A stretch of 63,904 nucleotides of DNA, counting the filler, from Circinaria calcarea (Eukaryota): assembly GCA_051942165.1 (NCBI GenBank). It is 12 parts of 12 records of this genome, joined end to end, with 100 filler letters (N's around TTAATTAATTAA, not from the genome) between each part and the next. Parts side by side here need not be neighbours in the genome. Positions count along the whole stretch, not along the records: positions 21,379 to 26,616 come from JAVECS010001982.1; positions 26,717 to 31,952 come from JAVECS010001983.1; positions 32,053 to 37,282 come from JAVECS010001984.1; 9 more parts are not named here. One strand, written 5' to 3'. Both the position numbers and the translations under genes were made by a program. Below, one piece after another: positions 22,810 to 34,299 of the stretch. Positions within the stretch are counted from its first letter, which is position 1. Every line of letters starts with the position of its first letter. Below the pieces are notes generated by a model. That model was not told the DNA's origin, did not search any database, and saw nothing but the letters and a program-made list of their open reading frames with translations.

Positions 22810-25024
22810 TGATGATCCACAGCAATCTAGGCAAGGTTTCGTGTGATTGCAAGGTCTGGCACCTCCGCCCGTAGTCGACCAAGCGGGTGGATCACCCGTT
22901 TAGGCCTAGTGTAGATAGAGTTTTCCTATATAGGATCCCATCTCGTCTGACGAATAGATCAGACATTGACTACCTCTTGATCCATTAGTTATGAGCCCGG
23001 AAGCAACTCCTGTACAATAAATTAACTGTCGTACGAAGCAATTCGCAAATACCGCCAGTTGAAGAGCATTATACAAAACGATTAGTAAGATGTCCACACC
23101 TGTGATTAAGACCCAAGTGCTCCTCAATGAACCTAAGGATTGGGATAAATGGCTTAGGCTATTTCAGTTTGTTGTACGAGAAGAGATATTTGGGAATTCG
23201 TGAACCCCGCGACCCCAAAAGAGCAGCTACCTAAGCTATTAAGACCTGTTCGACCAACAGCGACAAGCACACGAGCCATGAACCTCAGTCCCGTCACAAC
23301 GCCTACAAGTCAATCGTTGACTGATACTGGAAGCCCAAGACGGATTACGAGAGCATTACTGAGCACCGTTGAAAAAGAATAATTGGAGGATCAGTTAGAG
23401 GAATACAACTTGGGTGTAAAGAGATACCTGAAGCAGAAAGTAGCGATGCGTAAGCTTCTCGTAAGAATCCAGGAATCAGTTAAAGAGGATCTTATCATGG
23501 CGTACTGCAAAGATCTCGAACCGTACGAAATGGTAAAGGCGTTGGAGAATCGTCTCGCGGACACCGGAGCATAAAGAAGGCAGCCTAATGGCGAAATGGG
23601 CAAGCTTATAAGATCCGAAGAAGAGAGGGCAGGACATAGAGATGTGGCTACAAGATTGGGAGACAACATACGATGATTGTTTAGCGATCAATTTATCTAA
23701 TGTATCGGGTACGCGACCGTTACTAGCCTTCGTCAACGCGGTACGCCCAATCGCTACCAACTTTGCCGACAGTTGGAGAGTTAAGCTCTTAGATTCCCAC
23801 GGAAAAGACAGTCTGAGAACAGCTTTTAAAGAAACGATCACGAAGTTTAGAGAATGGCGACGGATCACCCAATACGATAACCAATCAAGGGGTTCTCACA
23901 GCGCGTTTCGGGCAACGCTGAGCGGTCGTACGGCTGATGGTAAGGACGCGAAGGATAAAGACTCTAAGGGCATATGGTGTGTCTGCGGAGAGCAGTATAA
24001 CTTCGCGGAGTGTGCGTATTTGATACTGTCCAAGAGACCGGCTGGGTGGAAAGCCAATCCGGAGGTGGACGAAAGGATTAAAGAGACGCTGGCACGCCCA
24101 CGATGGGAAAAACGCAGAATGGTTATTCAGCGTTTGTAAAAGGAGGATAACGATGCGTCTGCGAAGCGTGGACGCTCGAAATCTAGGAAAATAGGAGGAG
24201 CTACTGACACCGCTATGCCAGAGGTGGTTATGGCGCACGCGAGCTCAGTCTATTTAGTCACGGGAGCTCCGTACGATGATTGCACGCAGTTTCCATTGAT
24301 CGACAGCGTGATCTTGGATGCAGGGGCTACAGTTCATGTCATGAACGATTGTACGAGGTTCGGAGACGACTTTCACGCAGCAGATCCAATAGACGTATGT
24401 ATAGCTGGAAGCCATATCGTGCCAATTGAAGGATGGGGTTCAGTGATGATGCGCATTACTCGTACGAACCCTTAAGACGTCGAAGAAACCAAGTCTATTC
24501 AATTAACGAACATCGCATACATATTAAGCTTTCATGTAAGCGTGGCATCGCTGCGAATGTTCATGAAGAAGGATATATACTGGGATACGGCGGCGCCGTA
24601 GTTTATGTATAGGGAAAGGAACTAGGCTAATACGCCAGAGATCGAGCATCAATGGATACTGGAGTATAATGTACCAAAGCCTCGATAGCTTCAGTCAGCC
24701 GCTTCGACTGCATGCAACGCCTTCCCAGCACGCTCGAGCTCCCAACCCCTCCCGAATAAGGCCGCTTCAGCGAAGATATGGTATAAAATCATGGGTCATC
24801 CATATCGTACGGCGCTCGAGAAGCTATCCGAGATGATTACTGGGTATAGGCTCACTAATAAGGAGTACGACCCTATATATAATGGCTGCGAGCGAAAGAA
24901 TGCGAGTCAAATTATCTCGCGCCGACCACGGCTCCACGCGACAGCTCCCTACGAAACGGTGCATTTAGATTTAATGCAAATGAGGCCGGGGATAATTAAC
25001 GAGACATAGGTGCTGCATGCAAGC
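22810..25024 (+). mobile_element. Degenerate Ty1/copia LTR retrotransposon (putative 5' LTR, PBS, gag, protease, pre-integrase, start of integrase), truncated
   Basis: gag from ATG 23090 (VLLNEPKDWDKW..FVNP), knuckle CVCGEQ(Y)NFAEC, protease VILDAGATVHVMND, pre-integrase IW(Y)KIMGHP and integrase PYETVHLDL. The PR-IN order is copia-type. Many stops and frameshifts. Confidence 0.88.
22987..22998 (+). promoter_or_regulatory. Primer-binding site (A)GTTATGAGCCC, complementary to the anticodon arm of initiator tRNA-Met
   Basis: Lies right after a TATA-containing ~178-bp segment bounded by TGATG (22810) and CATTA (22987), about 90 nt before the gag ATG. It matches the GGTTATGRGCCC PBS type of copia/Ty5. 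Confidence 0.7.
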
Positions 25025-25171
25025 TATCCCTTAAACCGTCGCTCTGGCGGACAGGACCGTGCGTTCTTTGGATACAAGGGTTGGATTGGTCAGCTGGGCT
25101 GGCACAGACCAGTCTCTGGTCTGTGCAAAAGACGCACGGTCCTGTCCGCCAGAGCGACGGTTTAAGGGATA
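25025..25171. mobile_element. MITE-like fold-back element (147 bp, TA at both ends)
   Basis: Perfect 40-bp terminal inverted repeat TATCCCTTAAACCGTCGCTCTGGCGGACAGGACCGTGCGT and an internal 10-bp hairpin GCACAGACCA-GTCTC-TGGTCTGTGC. It sits where the copia integrase breaks off. Confidence 0.75.
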
Positions 25172-25200
25172 ATCTACTAAGATATAATATAATATACACG

Positions 25201-25520
25201 TGTTATGGCGCCACGCCATACTCAGGGTCCAGGACTATTACGGACTAGTGTGTTCACCTCACGTGACTGAGCGGAGTGAGCAGAGGGAGCAGAGCGGTGC
25301 TCCGGTTGCTCCAGGCGCTCAGGACTGAGCAGAGTGAGCAGAGTAGTGCTCAGGTTGCTCAGAACGCTCAGGCTACTATATAGGCAGGCTATTCGGCACT
25401 CTTTAGAATAGTATGCTTATAGAACCATCACGAGTTCAATATACTCCTTTTATATTGAGCCTAGGGCAACAGTTCAACTACACCCTATGTAACTGTGCTA
25501 GTATCAATCGGGACCTAACA
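25201..25520 (+). mobile_element. Probable isolated LTR (320 bp) from a second retrotransposon family
   Basis: TGTTA...TAACA inverted termini, CTATATAG TATA-like box at ~25376 and an internal ~50-bp imperfect duplication. No matching target-site duplication is visible. Confidence 0.6.
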
Positions 25521-26174
25521 TATTCCTCATTAGGCCCCAAGGATTGCAGCGCTCTTACACTTACAGTAAATAAAGGAAAACTAAAAAAAACTAGGCGAGA
25601 AATTAGAGGCGCGATTTTGCTTCCGAGCCTAAGGTACATTGATCTATCCCCATTGCCGTCCTTATTGATATCCTGCTCATCATCGCCACCGCAAGCAGTC
25701 AATATAACCCCGTAGGGCCCAGTCAAGCCTCCAAAACGCCCATGACCAAACCATATACGAACTCCAATGGCTTGACATTATATTTGGGGTTGCCATAAGG
25801 CGCATAGCTTGTTCTCATATCGATAAAGCCTACGTACTTGCGGAGGCAGTATTATGCCTTAAATACTAAATCGGGCGAACATCCGAGGAGCTTCTGGAGG
25901 TATCGAGTGACACTGATATCGCAACCCCTAATTTTTAGCATTGGTCACTTCATAGCAAAGCCATCCCACCCCCACCTCTCCCTTTCTCTTTTCATCGTAC
26001 TCCTATGGCTCCCACAATCTTAGCCCCTTCTCCTCCATCCTAGTTTCCTGGATCTCACTTTTGACTTTTAGGCCCTATAACCGAGCAATGAAGGAAGTAG
26101 GTGGATAGCTATTGGGCTTCGTTGATGTTTTGAGATCCTTCAATCACAAAAAGGATAAGAACAAAGTCCATAGT

Positions 26175-26616
26175 TTATGATACCGGACCCTCCAAGGGTA
26201 ACACCACTTGCCCCGGTCCATCACCATAGGTACTACTCGCCCAACTTCCAATTCCTGTCTTCGAAACGCTCTTAAGAACCGCATAGCCACTATTAGGATC
26301 TGTGTTCCTCTCAGCCCAGAATACCGAGATCTGGGAGTCCTTGTTTGGCAAGTCTAACACCGCGGCAGCGAGAGGTTGATAGAGTGCAACTTCAGCATTC
26401 CCGGTAGTGAGGGCTGGATATGCGACGATTGGGAAAGTATTGGTCTTATACCAGACTTCTGCCACCCTTTTAGGGAACTCTCGGGCGGAGGAGGTGATGT
26501 TAATCTCGCGGAACGAACGGTCAGAGGCAGAAAAGTAGTAGAGCAGCGTTGAGCCATGGATGGACACGGCAGCGAGATCGGCGTTGTTGTGAGGGAGAAG
26601 ATATGGGAAGGATATG
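26175..26616 (-). CDS. C-terminal fragment of an uncharacterised beta-rich protein (weak resemblance to fucose-lectin-like propellers)
   Basis: Open frame from the gap to TAA 26175 with a repeated LAA..hydrophobic strand..W pattern (DLAAVSIHGSTLLYYF; PLAAAVL...ISVFWAE). Confidence 0.4.
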
Positions 26617-27354
26617 NNNNNNNNNNNNNNNNNNNNNNNNNNNNNNNNNNNNNNNNNNNNTTAATTAATTAANNNNNNNNNNNNNNNNNNNNNNNNNNNN
26701 NNNNNNNNNNNNNNNNAATTGGAGAAGGGTGGCAGGGTTCTTTGTCTTGATATTTACGAAGAGGGGAAGAATGATTCAATTGAAATTTGCACAAGTATAA
26801 CTATGCTCTGAATACTCTCAGTAGGACAATCCCCTATTTCATCACCCGACAAATGCCTCGAGTACCCGTGTAGAGAAAGCCACTACAGGCCCTACGGACC
26901 CAGTAAACGTGCTACGTACTTTATTCTCCAGGACTCAAGTCTAGGTAATGATGAACACCTTGCTCTTACCATGGTCCACCCCCCCACCTTCCACTCTCTG
27001 GACAAGCCCCGTATGTCAAGACCAGCGTCCACGTGGACCTCCTATCAAATGTCAAAGGCGATAGCCCGATGTTCGCCGATAGCAAAATCACACCGGAGAT
27101 TTGTTGGTCGTTATGCCATACGCCATATGCTTGGGAGAACAGATAACCCAGTGGGTGCTTGGCGGGTGCAAGACGGGCGAGTAGTAGGGGTTTTGGGATT
27201 TGGAGGCTGAGTGGGATATTGAATATGGTTATTGCGTTCTCTATAGAGCATCGGCTTTGCACTTATAGTAAAGATGATAGACTTTCGATTTATATCCTCA
27301 AAGAGTTTAGTGTTTCGGAGTCCGTGGATATTGCACCAAGATGATCAGGATATT

Positions 27355-27706
27355 CTAGAAGATGCCCGACTCTCTGATGACTTTTTCCACTTGGCGAGGA
27401 AGAGCATCATTTAATTGAGCCCGTTGGGTTTGGTATCCTCTCTTTTCATTGCCACTTGGCTTTTGCTTATCCACTTCCTCATATGCGGGCTTGATATTGA
27501 ATCTCCGCAATGTCATAACCATAACAATTTTCATTTCCATTCAGAGCGAGTTCCTAAGCGATACAATTCCGTGGCCCGAACTCAAAAGGCCGCCAAGCTC
27601 CCTTGACAGGGTATAGCGGGCTACCCGGTGGCACCAGCCAGCGCTATGGTATGAATTTATCAGGTTAAGGCCAGTCGGTGGAATCCCGTTGTAATGTTTG
27701 TGTCAG
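27355..27706 (-). pseudogene. Cytochrome P450 C-terminal pseudogene fragment
   Basis: Manual translation [41 protein letters not shown], frameshift, MEMKIVMVMTLRRFNIKPAY. PERW and FxxGxRxC motifs are present with three stops. Confidence 0.88.
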
Positions 27707-29666
27707 GTATAATCTCGCGGTGGAATGACTTGAATATTCGACAGACACGACTTGAGAGTTTCGAATTGCTATGCATTTCATTCCCTTTGATGGTAAAGAT
27801 GATCCAGTTCACACTATTCATACCTTACCCATATCTGTAGATATCGCTCCATACCCAAGAGAGGCGTGATCTGGAGAGCCGGCAGTGCAAGTAGGATAGG
27901 TTGAACAATCCACAGTATCCTCTTAGGTCTTCCTATCCGTGTTCTTCTTTCCTTCTCGATGCCTGCAAAATCTTCGGCTTCAATGCTGATTTGGTAGAAT
28001 GAAAGAGGCCCTGTGAGATTACTACGTACCCAGTAATTTTCCCCAACCCAAAACCAGTTCTTGTCGATGCCTAGCCCATACCTTAAATCCCAATCGCATA
28101 TTCATCCCTTCTCCCCTTTTTTCGAAGAAACATGGCTAGGTAAAGCATCGACGAAAGGAAAAATCTCTCAAAAGAGTAGAATTATCAACGAATCCGCCAG
28201 CCGGCCCCCTTAGTTAACATTCAATACTTTTCGCCTACACAATCAGACCAATCTCCACGAATGTATGATTTACATGTGTCCAACATATCCTAGTTTACCC
28301 TTGTAAACAAGTCCGCAGCCGAGTAAATCGCTTACTGCCATCTCATCCGCTCCCGCTCCCTATGATATGGTTAACTGGAAAATGATGACTGATGTGCATC
28401 AACGGCCCGGGTTGCTATTGGTTACTATACGGAAGCACATCTTGCTGAGCAATGCTTTTACCTAGAAGAATACGAAGAGCGACTTGAGCGATGGTATGCA
28501 CTTCTCGGGAGAAGAAAAGGGAAGGGAGTTTCGAGTTAAGTAGGCGCAACGAATGTGTGCCTTGGAGGATGAGTGTCTGTCAGTGATTACCCATCGGCAA
28601 GGGCAAGGTATGGAAGGTGGTCTACAGGCTTTTGGTCAAGCGGAATAATGAAGGCAATTGAAGCTATGATCGGCTTTAACAAAGGAAATGCGTGGGATGA
28701 ATGGACTGGATATAGAGATTGGGATGATGTTGTCTGATCTGCCGAGGGGTACCAATAGCATAACGGCGGAGATTCAGGATCTGTGGATTAGGGACTCATG
28801 GAGTAAGAGATGTGGAGGATGGAGTAGTGGTCGATTTGATCTTGGTCGGGCCATGGGAAGGAGAACTAAGAAGGGGCTTGTCGTCCCGCTAGTTGGTGGC
28901 ATTGTGGTTAGTTGGACTGGGTTTTGGATATAGCTCGAACCTGGGTACGGAAGCATAGGTGAAGTTAAGGGACGGTGAAGTCGATTGTTAAAGAGACAGC
29001 AGATACAGCACGGATACAGCACTCTTTAAAATATTATTAGATTGCAGAAAAGAGTATTCGAAAGAAAGTCGCCAGACTATTAACAGTCTGGTAGCTATAT
29101 ATTCCCGCACCGTTGTAGATTCTACAGATGAAGGCCCTATTCATGGGTATCAGGATGACAGCCTCTTCATAGTTCCAAACATAAAAACCAAAGAAGGAGA
29201 ATAAGAATGTTACTGCTGGTGTGAGCACATCTCACCTTGAACTGGCCTCTTGTACATATATCGATACGAAAGTTAGACTTCGGAAGCGTATAGCGTACTG
29301 ATACTTAAAGCCAACTCACACGCGATTGTACAGAGTACTCGTCAGTTCTCGGGCCTTTATATCTTTCACCTAGGACGACTCTTTGCTTAGCTGCCGGAGA
29401 GGGAATGCCTAATTTCCATTAGAGCTAAAACGAGTGACTCTGAATTATCAATCCTGAATTATAGCAGACGGAAAGTCCTATATCATGGCAAATTTATACG
29501 AAAGTCGTATTTGACTCCATAGAACAATATTTGCTTTAACTTATCTTACTGGTAGTGTGTCGATAAGGCTTGGCGCTAAAGTTATTTCCGAAGTTATCCT
29601 CATGTTTTCGATGTTCCCAATTGGTACTACACGATACCTTCACCTTAATCTACAAGTCTTACAGTA

Positions 29667-31766
29667 ATGCCCAAAGAGCAGAAGAAGCGTGGAAGGCGCG
29701 AAGAGAAGAAGCGCAGGAGAGAGCAAGTGGATGACGAAGGAATGACACTGGCAAAGCGGCACAAGTCCGAGGACGGTGACGACGAAATCAACTTCGTTAT
29801 AAATGGAGACGGAGATGATTCCTCTCACCGACCAGCTCCGAATTTTGACGCCTACCCGGGGGACATACCGTTCTTTGGTTTACTTGATGAGGACGAGCAA
29901 GCATATTTTAAGCGTGCCGATACACTACTTGAGCTGAACCAGTTTGAGAATCCTGAGGAAAGGGATCTGTTCCTTACCAGCGTTTATCGCGAAGCTCACG
30001 GGAAAGAGTTAAAGATTGCCAACAGTCAAGCATGTTCGAGAATCTTGGAACGACTAATACTAATGTCAAACTCAAGCCAACTCAAAGCGCTTTTCCAACA
30101 ATTTAGCGGGCAGTAAGTACTTTGAATCCTCAATTGGCGAAACCTGCAACTGAAATGAGGTAGCTTTCTCCACTTAGTACAGCATCGGTTTGCATCGCAC
30201 TGCTGTGAAGCACTATTTCTACGATCTACCCCTATAGTTACACAGGAGTTGATTACCCCAGTGGAGGAGCAAGAGCAAGGCACGGTAAACGGCGAAGTCT
30301 ATGTCTCTATGGAAAACCTCTTCCTATACACCATCAACGAACTTGAAGGTAACCTTGGGTATCTTATGACCGACCATTTTGCTTCCCATACCTTACGAGT
30401 TCTGCTCGTGGTACTGTCCGGACGGCCGTTAGCCGGCTCAGCCACGACCTCGCTTTTGCAGAGTAAGAAGAAGGAAAAGATTGAGATAGCTAGTGGAATT
30501 ACAGGATCAGAACTCGATATGATGGCCACCCGGACTGTCCCAGATTCCTTTGGTACTGCGCTAGATAAAATGATATCAGGTACAATTGCAGGGCTGGATA
30601 CTACATATCTTCGAGCGCTAGCAACACATCCTCTTGGTAATCCAGTCCTTCAGCTTCTCCTCGAGCTGGAGTTTTTAAAGTCTGGCAAACAAAAGGCCAA
30701 AGACGCGAATTCTTTGTTTCGCAAGTTGCTCCCAGATGATCCGCTCGTTCAGGGCACCACAAGTGCATCATTTGTCACTAGTCTACTCTATGATCCTGTT
30801 GGCTCTCGTCTACTGGAAACAATCATACAGCATGCTCCTGGCAAAGTGTTCAAGTCACTATACAGAGACCTGTTCAGAGAAAAGATGGGGAGCCTAGTTA
30901 AGAATGAGACCGCCGGATTTGTGCTGACCAAAATGCTTGAGCGCTTGAGCCAAGAAGACCTTCAACATGCAGTTGAACAGATATGCCCGCAAATCCCAAC
31001 TCTCATAGAGCGCTTCCAGACATCCATTATAAAGTCTATGATTGGACGTTGTGAAGTCCGGCAAGTACGGACGGATCCCATTGCAAATGCAATCCTGCGA
31101 GGTTACGGCGGTGAGCGTACTGGTATACTTTTAAAGATGCTGAAGCTAGAAGCACACGGTGTGGATAGCATGGCTCCGGAGCGTAAGAAACAACTTGAGG
31201 CGCAAGATATCGGAAAAACCCATGCCTCATTGTTAGCTCAGGCAATGCTAGACACCCCAGGTCCATTACGTGAGATGATTACAGAGAGTATTACATCAAT
31301 GACAACAGAGGACCTTGTATTAATGGCCAAGAATCGAACCGCGACGCACGTGTTGCAGAGGGCTCTTACCCGTTCTGGTCAGACAAAGCTATTTCTTCGC
31401 CAAACTGTGCAACGATTTCAAGGACACCTGTCAGAACTCGCGGTTGATCCAATAGCGTCGCATGTTGTTGATACGCTTTGGATAGCTACTGAAAGTCTGT
31501 TCTTTATCCGGGAGCGGTTCGCGCAAGAGCTGCTGGAGCACGAGTCCGCTTTAAAAGAATCTTTCCCTGGGCGAGCGGTATGGAGGAATTGGATGATGGA
31601 TCTTTACAAGAGACGTAGACTCGAATGGATATCTCAGGCTAAGAGCAGTGCTAATGGTGTGAATGACTCAGAGTCCAAAGGAGTGGTCAACTACGATGCA
31701 ACAAATAAAAGCGGGATTGAGCTGGCAAGAGAAAAGTATGCGGCCAACAAGGCAAAGCGGAAATAA
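29667..31766 (+). CDS. NOP9: Nucleolar protein 9 (PUF-like repeats), 2 exons
   Basis: MPKEQKKRGRREEKKR, FFGLLDEDEQAYFKRAD, GKELKIANSQACSRILERLI, VQHRFASHCCE and GRAVWRNWMMDLYKRRR. Intron at ~30113-30163. Confidence 0.95.
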
Positions 31767-32052
31767 GCTTTAGGAACAATAATTAGAGTTTAGAGACCAC
31801 CTCCTAGTTGGACTATAGCGCCGGCAACTAATGCACGAGGCTGTCAATGATGATGTTACATATAAGATTTTGTTTTTCTCGCGCTCTTTGCAACTTATCG
31901 TTGCTGTTACGCCCAGTCTGTTTCTTTTTGTTGCTAATCTTGCTTCTTTTCCNNNNNNNNNNNNNNNNNNNNNNNNNNNNNNNNNNNNNNNNNNNNTTAA
32001 TTAATTAANNNNNNNNNNNNNNNNNNNNNNNNNNNNNNNNNNNNNNNNNNNN

Positions 32053-32727
32053 AGGGTTTACGATGCTCCAGTCCATTATTCCTAACACGCTCAACCAAAA
32101 TTTAGACCAGTGTGGTCCGTTGACTGCACCCCCGAGCTTATGTAGGATCCCCCGCGCTTTCACCATTCTCGGGTCCTCCTCACTTGCGCCGAGAATTCTA
32201 AGGACGACATAGTTCATGGAAGTGCCGTATACCGTGGTTTCCCCCTCGATATGTAAACCCCAGCCTCCATCCCCTGAGTTCTGCCTGGCGAATAGATATC
32301 TCTTGATTTCTACAGAAAAGGCCTCCGGTATTGGAGTCTCCGTGACATACCACGTGATGACGAGGCCAGGGAGGAGGAAGAGAGGGCCACCGTATTCACA
32401 AGCCCAATTGCCTGGCGGAAGTTGTAAACGTGAGAAGAAGGATAAAGCGTTGCGAGCTGATGCCAGTGGGGATTGGGATGTTGGAAGGTCTGGTACGTCC
32501 TGGGCTAGAAGTTAGTCAGGTAGATGCAGCGCACCAACTGTGGTTGAGGGACATACCAGCGGGAGACCCAAAAAATATCTATCCGCAATACTTTGCGGCC
32601 ATGCCTTCAGCTCCTCGTCAGACTGCAGGTAATGCCAGGTATGCCGACCCCGTTCATCTAGAAGCCTCCATCGATTCAAATCTGTTGCAGTTGGCGCAAA
32701 AGGTTCCTCCTCGTCGATGAATGGCAT
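32053..32727 (-). CDS. ERG7: Lanosterol synthase (oxidosqualene cyclase), 5' part
   Basis: [51 protein letters not shown] and [12 protein letters not shown]; one intron. Confidence 0.95.
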
Positions 32728-33144
32728 GGTCCTGAATTGGTTGGTTATTGGTCATCACTGGTCACTACTGTAGCCTGCAGCTTTCAAAAAGGGGAGATCA
32801 ACAGGATCAACAAGGCTAAGCGAGGGCGATCTCAGATCGTCCAATCGGCTCTAAGCCTAGTACTCTCTGCTCTATTGTACAGAGTACGTGTATCAAACAC
32901 GACAGCCTTGGCACGCCAACAAACAGACATCCAAGGCCATGGCCGTTCAGCTTTTAGAAGTGAAAGCTAGCGAGGTACAAGTGGCCCAGTGTCAAGAGGG
33001 CCCCTATCAATTGGTGTATTCACAAAGGCTCTGATTAAAGGACGCTTAGCTCCTCTACCTAGATCTAGTAAATCCCGTAGCCGTAGCTTGTTTGTGGGGA
33101 ATACTCCCAACACCGTTTCCAACAAAGAACCCACAACGCCCCTA

Positions 33145-34299
33145 TCAATCACTCAAATCAGGATTCGCCACGAAGAGTCGGACCGCCCCACGCATGGTCG
33201 CTGCCCTCTCATCCACGCTGCCTCTCCGGGCCAAGTCTTCGGCCTGCTTGCCCCCATCCCCTCTCAGGGCACTGCTAGCTAGAGGAGCGTTCATCTCCCC
33301 CACGTTTCCAAAGCTTGATTCCCTTTCCGACGAGCTTCCACTGCCTCCACTGCCCGACGGTTGTTGGAAGTAGTCTCCTGTAGCACGTTTCTGATGACTT
33401 CCCGGCACAGGTGTTTCCGCTGGGTCTGTTAAGATTGTTCCCGGACTGATCCCTTGTACACTCGGAGATGTGCTGCCTTGACTGAGCAGGCCCGAGGATC
33501 GATTCTGGCCGTAAGAACCCCGTCTTGGATTGCTCACCAAGGAACTTCTTCCGCTCCCATTCCGTTGGGTATACGTGTTTCTCGAGCTGTCAGCATCGTC
33601 GTCGTCATTCCCGTCATCGCCCACTTCGCTGGCGCTGAGACGCATGGGTACACCGCCTCCGACCAGGTTCCCCGAACTATATCCAATTGCTTTGGGTGCT
33701 CCATGATGTCGAATTTTACTCCGGACCCCCAGACTCCCACTTCCCATACTTCCACTCGTACTGATCCGTCCCTGCAAGTTCCCGCCCTCCACTTCGATCG
33801 TGGCTCGCATCTTGGCTGCCTTTTGCTGTGCCAATAATCTTGGATCTTCATGTTGGGCTCGATCGCACCATACCGTGGCCTTCTGCTTTCGCATTAGGGC
33901 AACATAGCTGGAAGGGGTTATAGACGACCCCGATCGCGATGATGTGCTTCGGCGGATTGATGAGGATGATGATGAGTGGGTGCGTGACGGTATTAAGCTG
34001 CTGTTTGTCAGGCCCGTGTTCGAAGACGAGGTCGACGGGGTTCGGCGGTTTGCGTTGACGGTATGATGGTAAGACGACGGAGAGGGAGTGACGGTGGTCG
34101 CCATGGGGAAGACGGAGGAAGAGACGGATCTCGAGTGGTTGTGGTAGGGTTCTCGTTGCCCGATAGTCGGCAATTGCGGGCCTGGAATGATCTTGGTCAG
34201 GGGCTGAATGGCTCCGTAACTGTTGCCCAAGCCGATTGGCTTCCTATGGGGGAGATGATATGAGTCGACGTCCGCCATCGCCAGTCGCTGTGTGACCAT
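33145..34299 (-). CDS. Fungal hypothetical protein, Ser-rich and disordered (384 aa)
   Basis: Single long ORF with ordered-looking islands SYVALMRKQKATVWCDRAQ.EDPR, GGVPMRLSASEV and RRGSVDER...RLFVANPDLSD. Confidence 0.85.
   Translation of the reverse strand: MVTQRLAMADVDSYHLPHRKPIGLGNSYGAIQPLTKIIPGPQLPTIGQREPYHNHSRSVSSSVFPMATTVTPSPSSYHHTVNANRRTPSTSSSNTGLTNSSLIPSRTHSSSSSSIRRSTSSRSGSSITPSSYVALMRKQKATVWCDRAQHEDPRLLAQQKAAKMRATIEVEGGNLQGRISTSGSMGSGSLGVRSKIRHHGAPKAIGYSSGNLVGGGVPMRLSASEVGDDGNDDDDADSSRNTYTQRNGSGRSSLVSNPRRGSYGQNRSSGLLSQGSTSPSVQGISPGTILTDPAETPVPGSHQKRATGDYFQQPSGSGGSGSSSERESSFGNVGEMNAPLASSALRGDGGKQAEDLARRGSVDERAATMRGAVRLFVANPDLSD

Noticed and set aside
25521..25800. Minus-strand fragment VILTACGGDDEQ, faintly like caspase-family motifs
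   Set aside because: The match is too short and degenerate to support a call.
28450..29230. Purine-rich stretch with short ORFs upstream of NOP9
   Set aside because: All frames contain stops and no family is identifiable.
29667..32727. Apparent NOP9-ERG7 linkage, and similarly formin-ArfGAP-YSC84 as an actin/trafficking cluster
   Set aside because: They are separated by spacers. Only ArfGAP, SFT1 and YSC84 share a contig.
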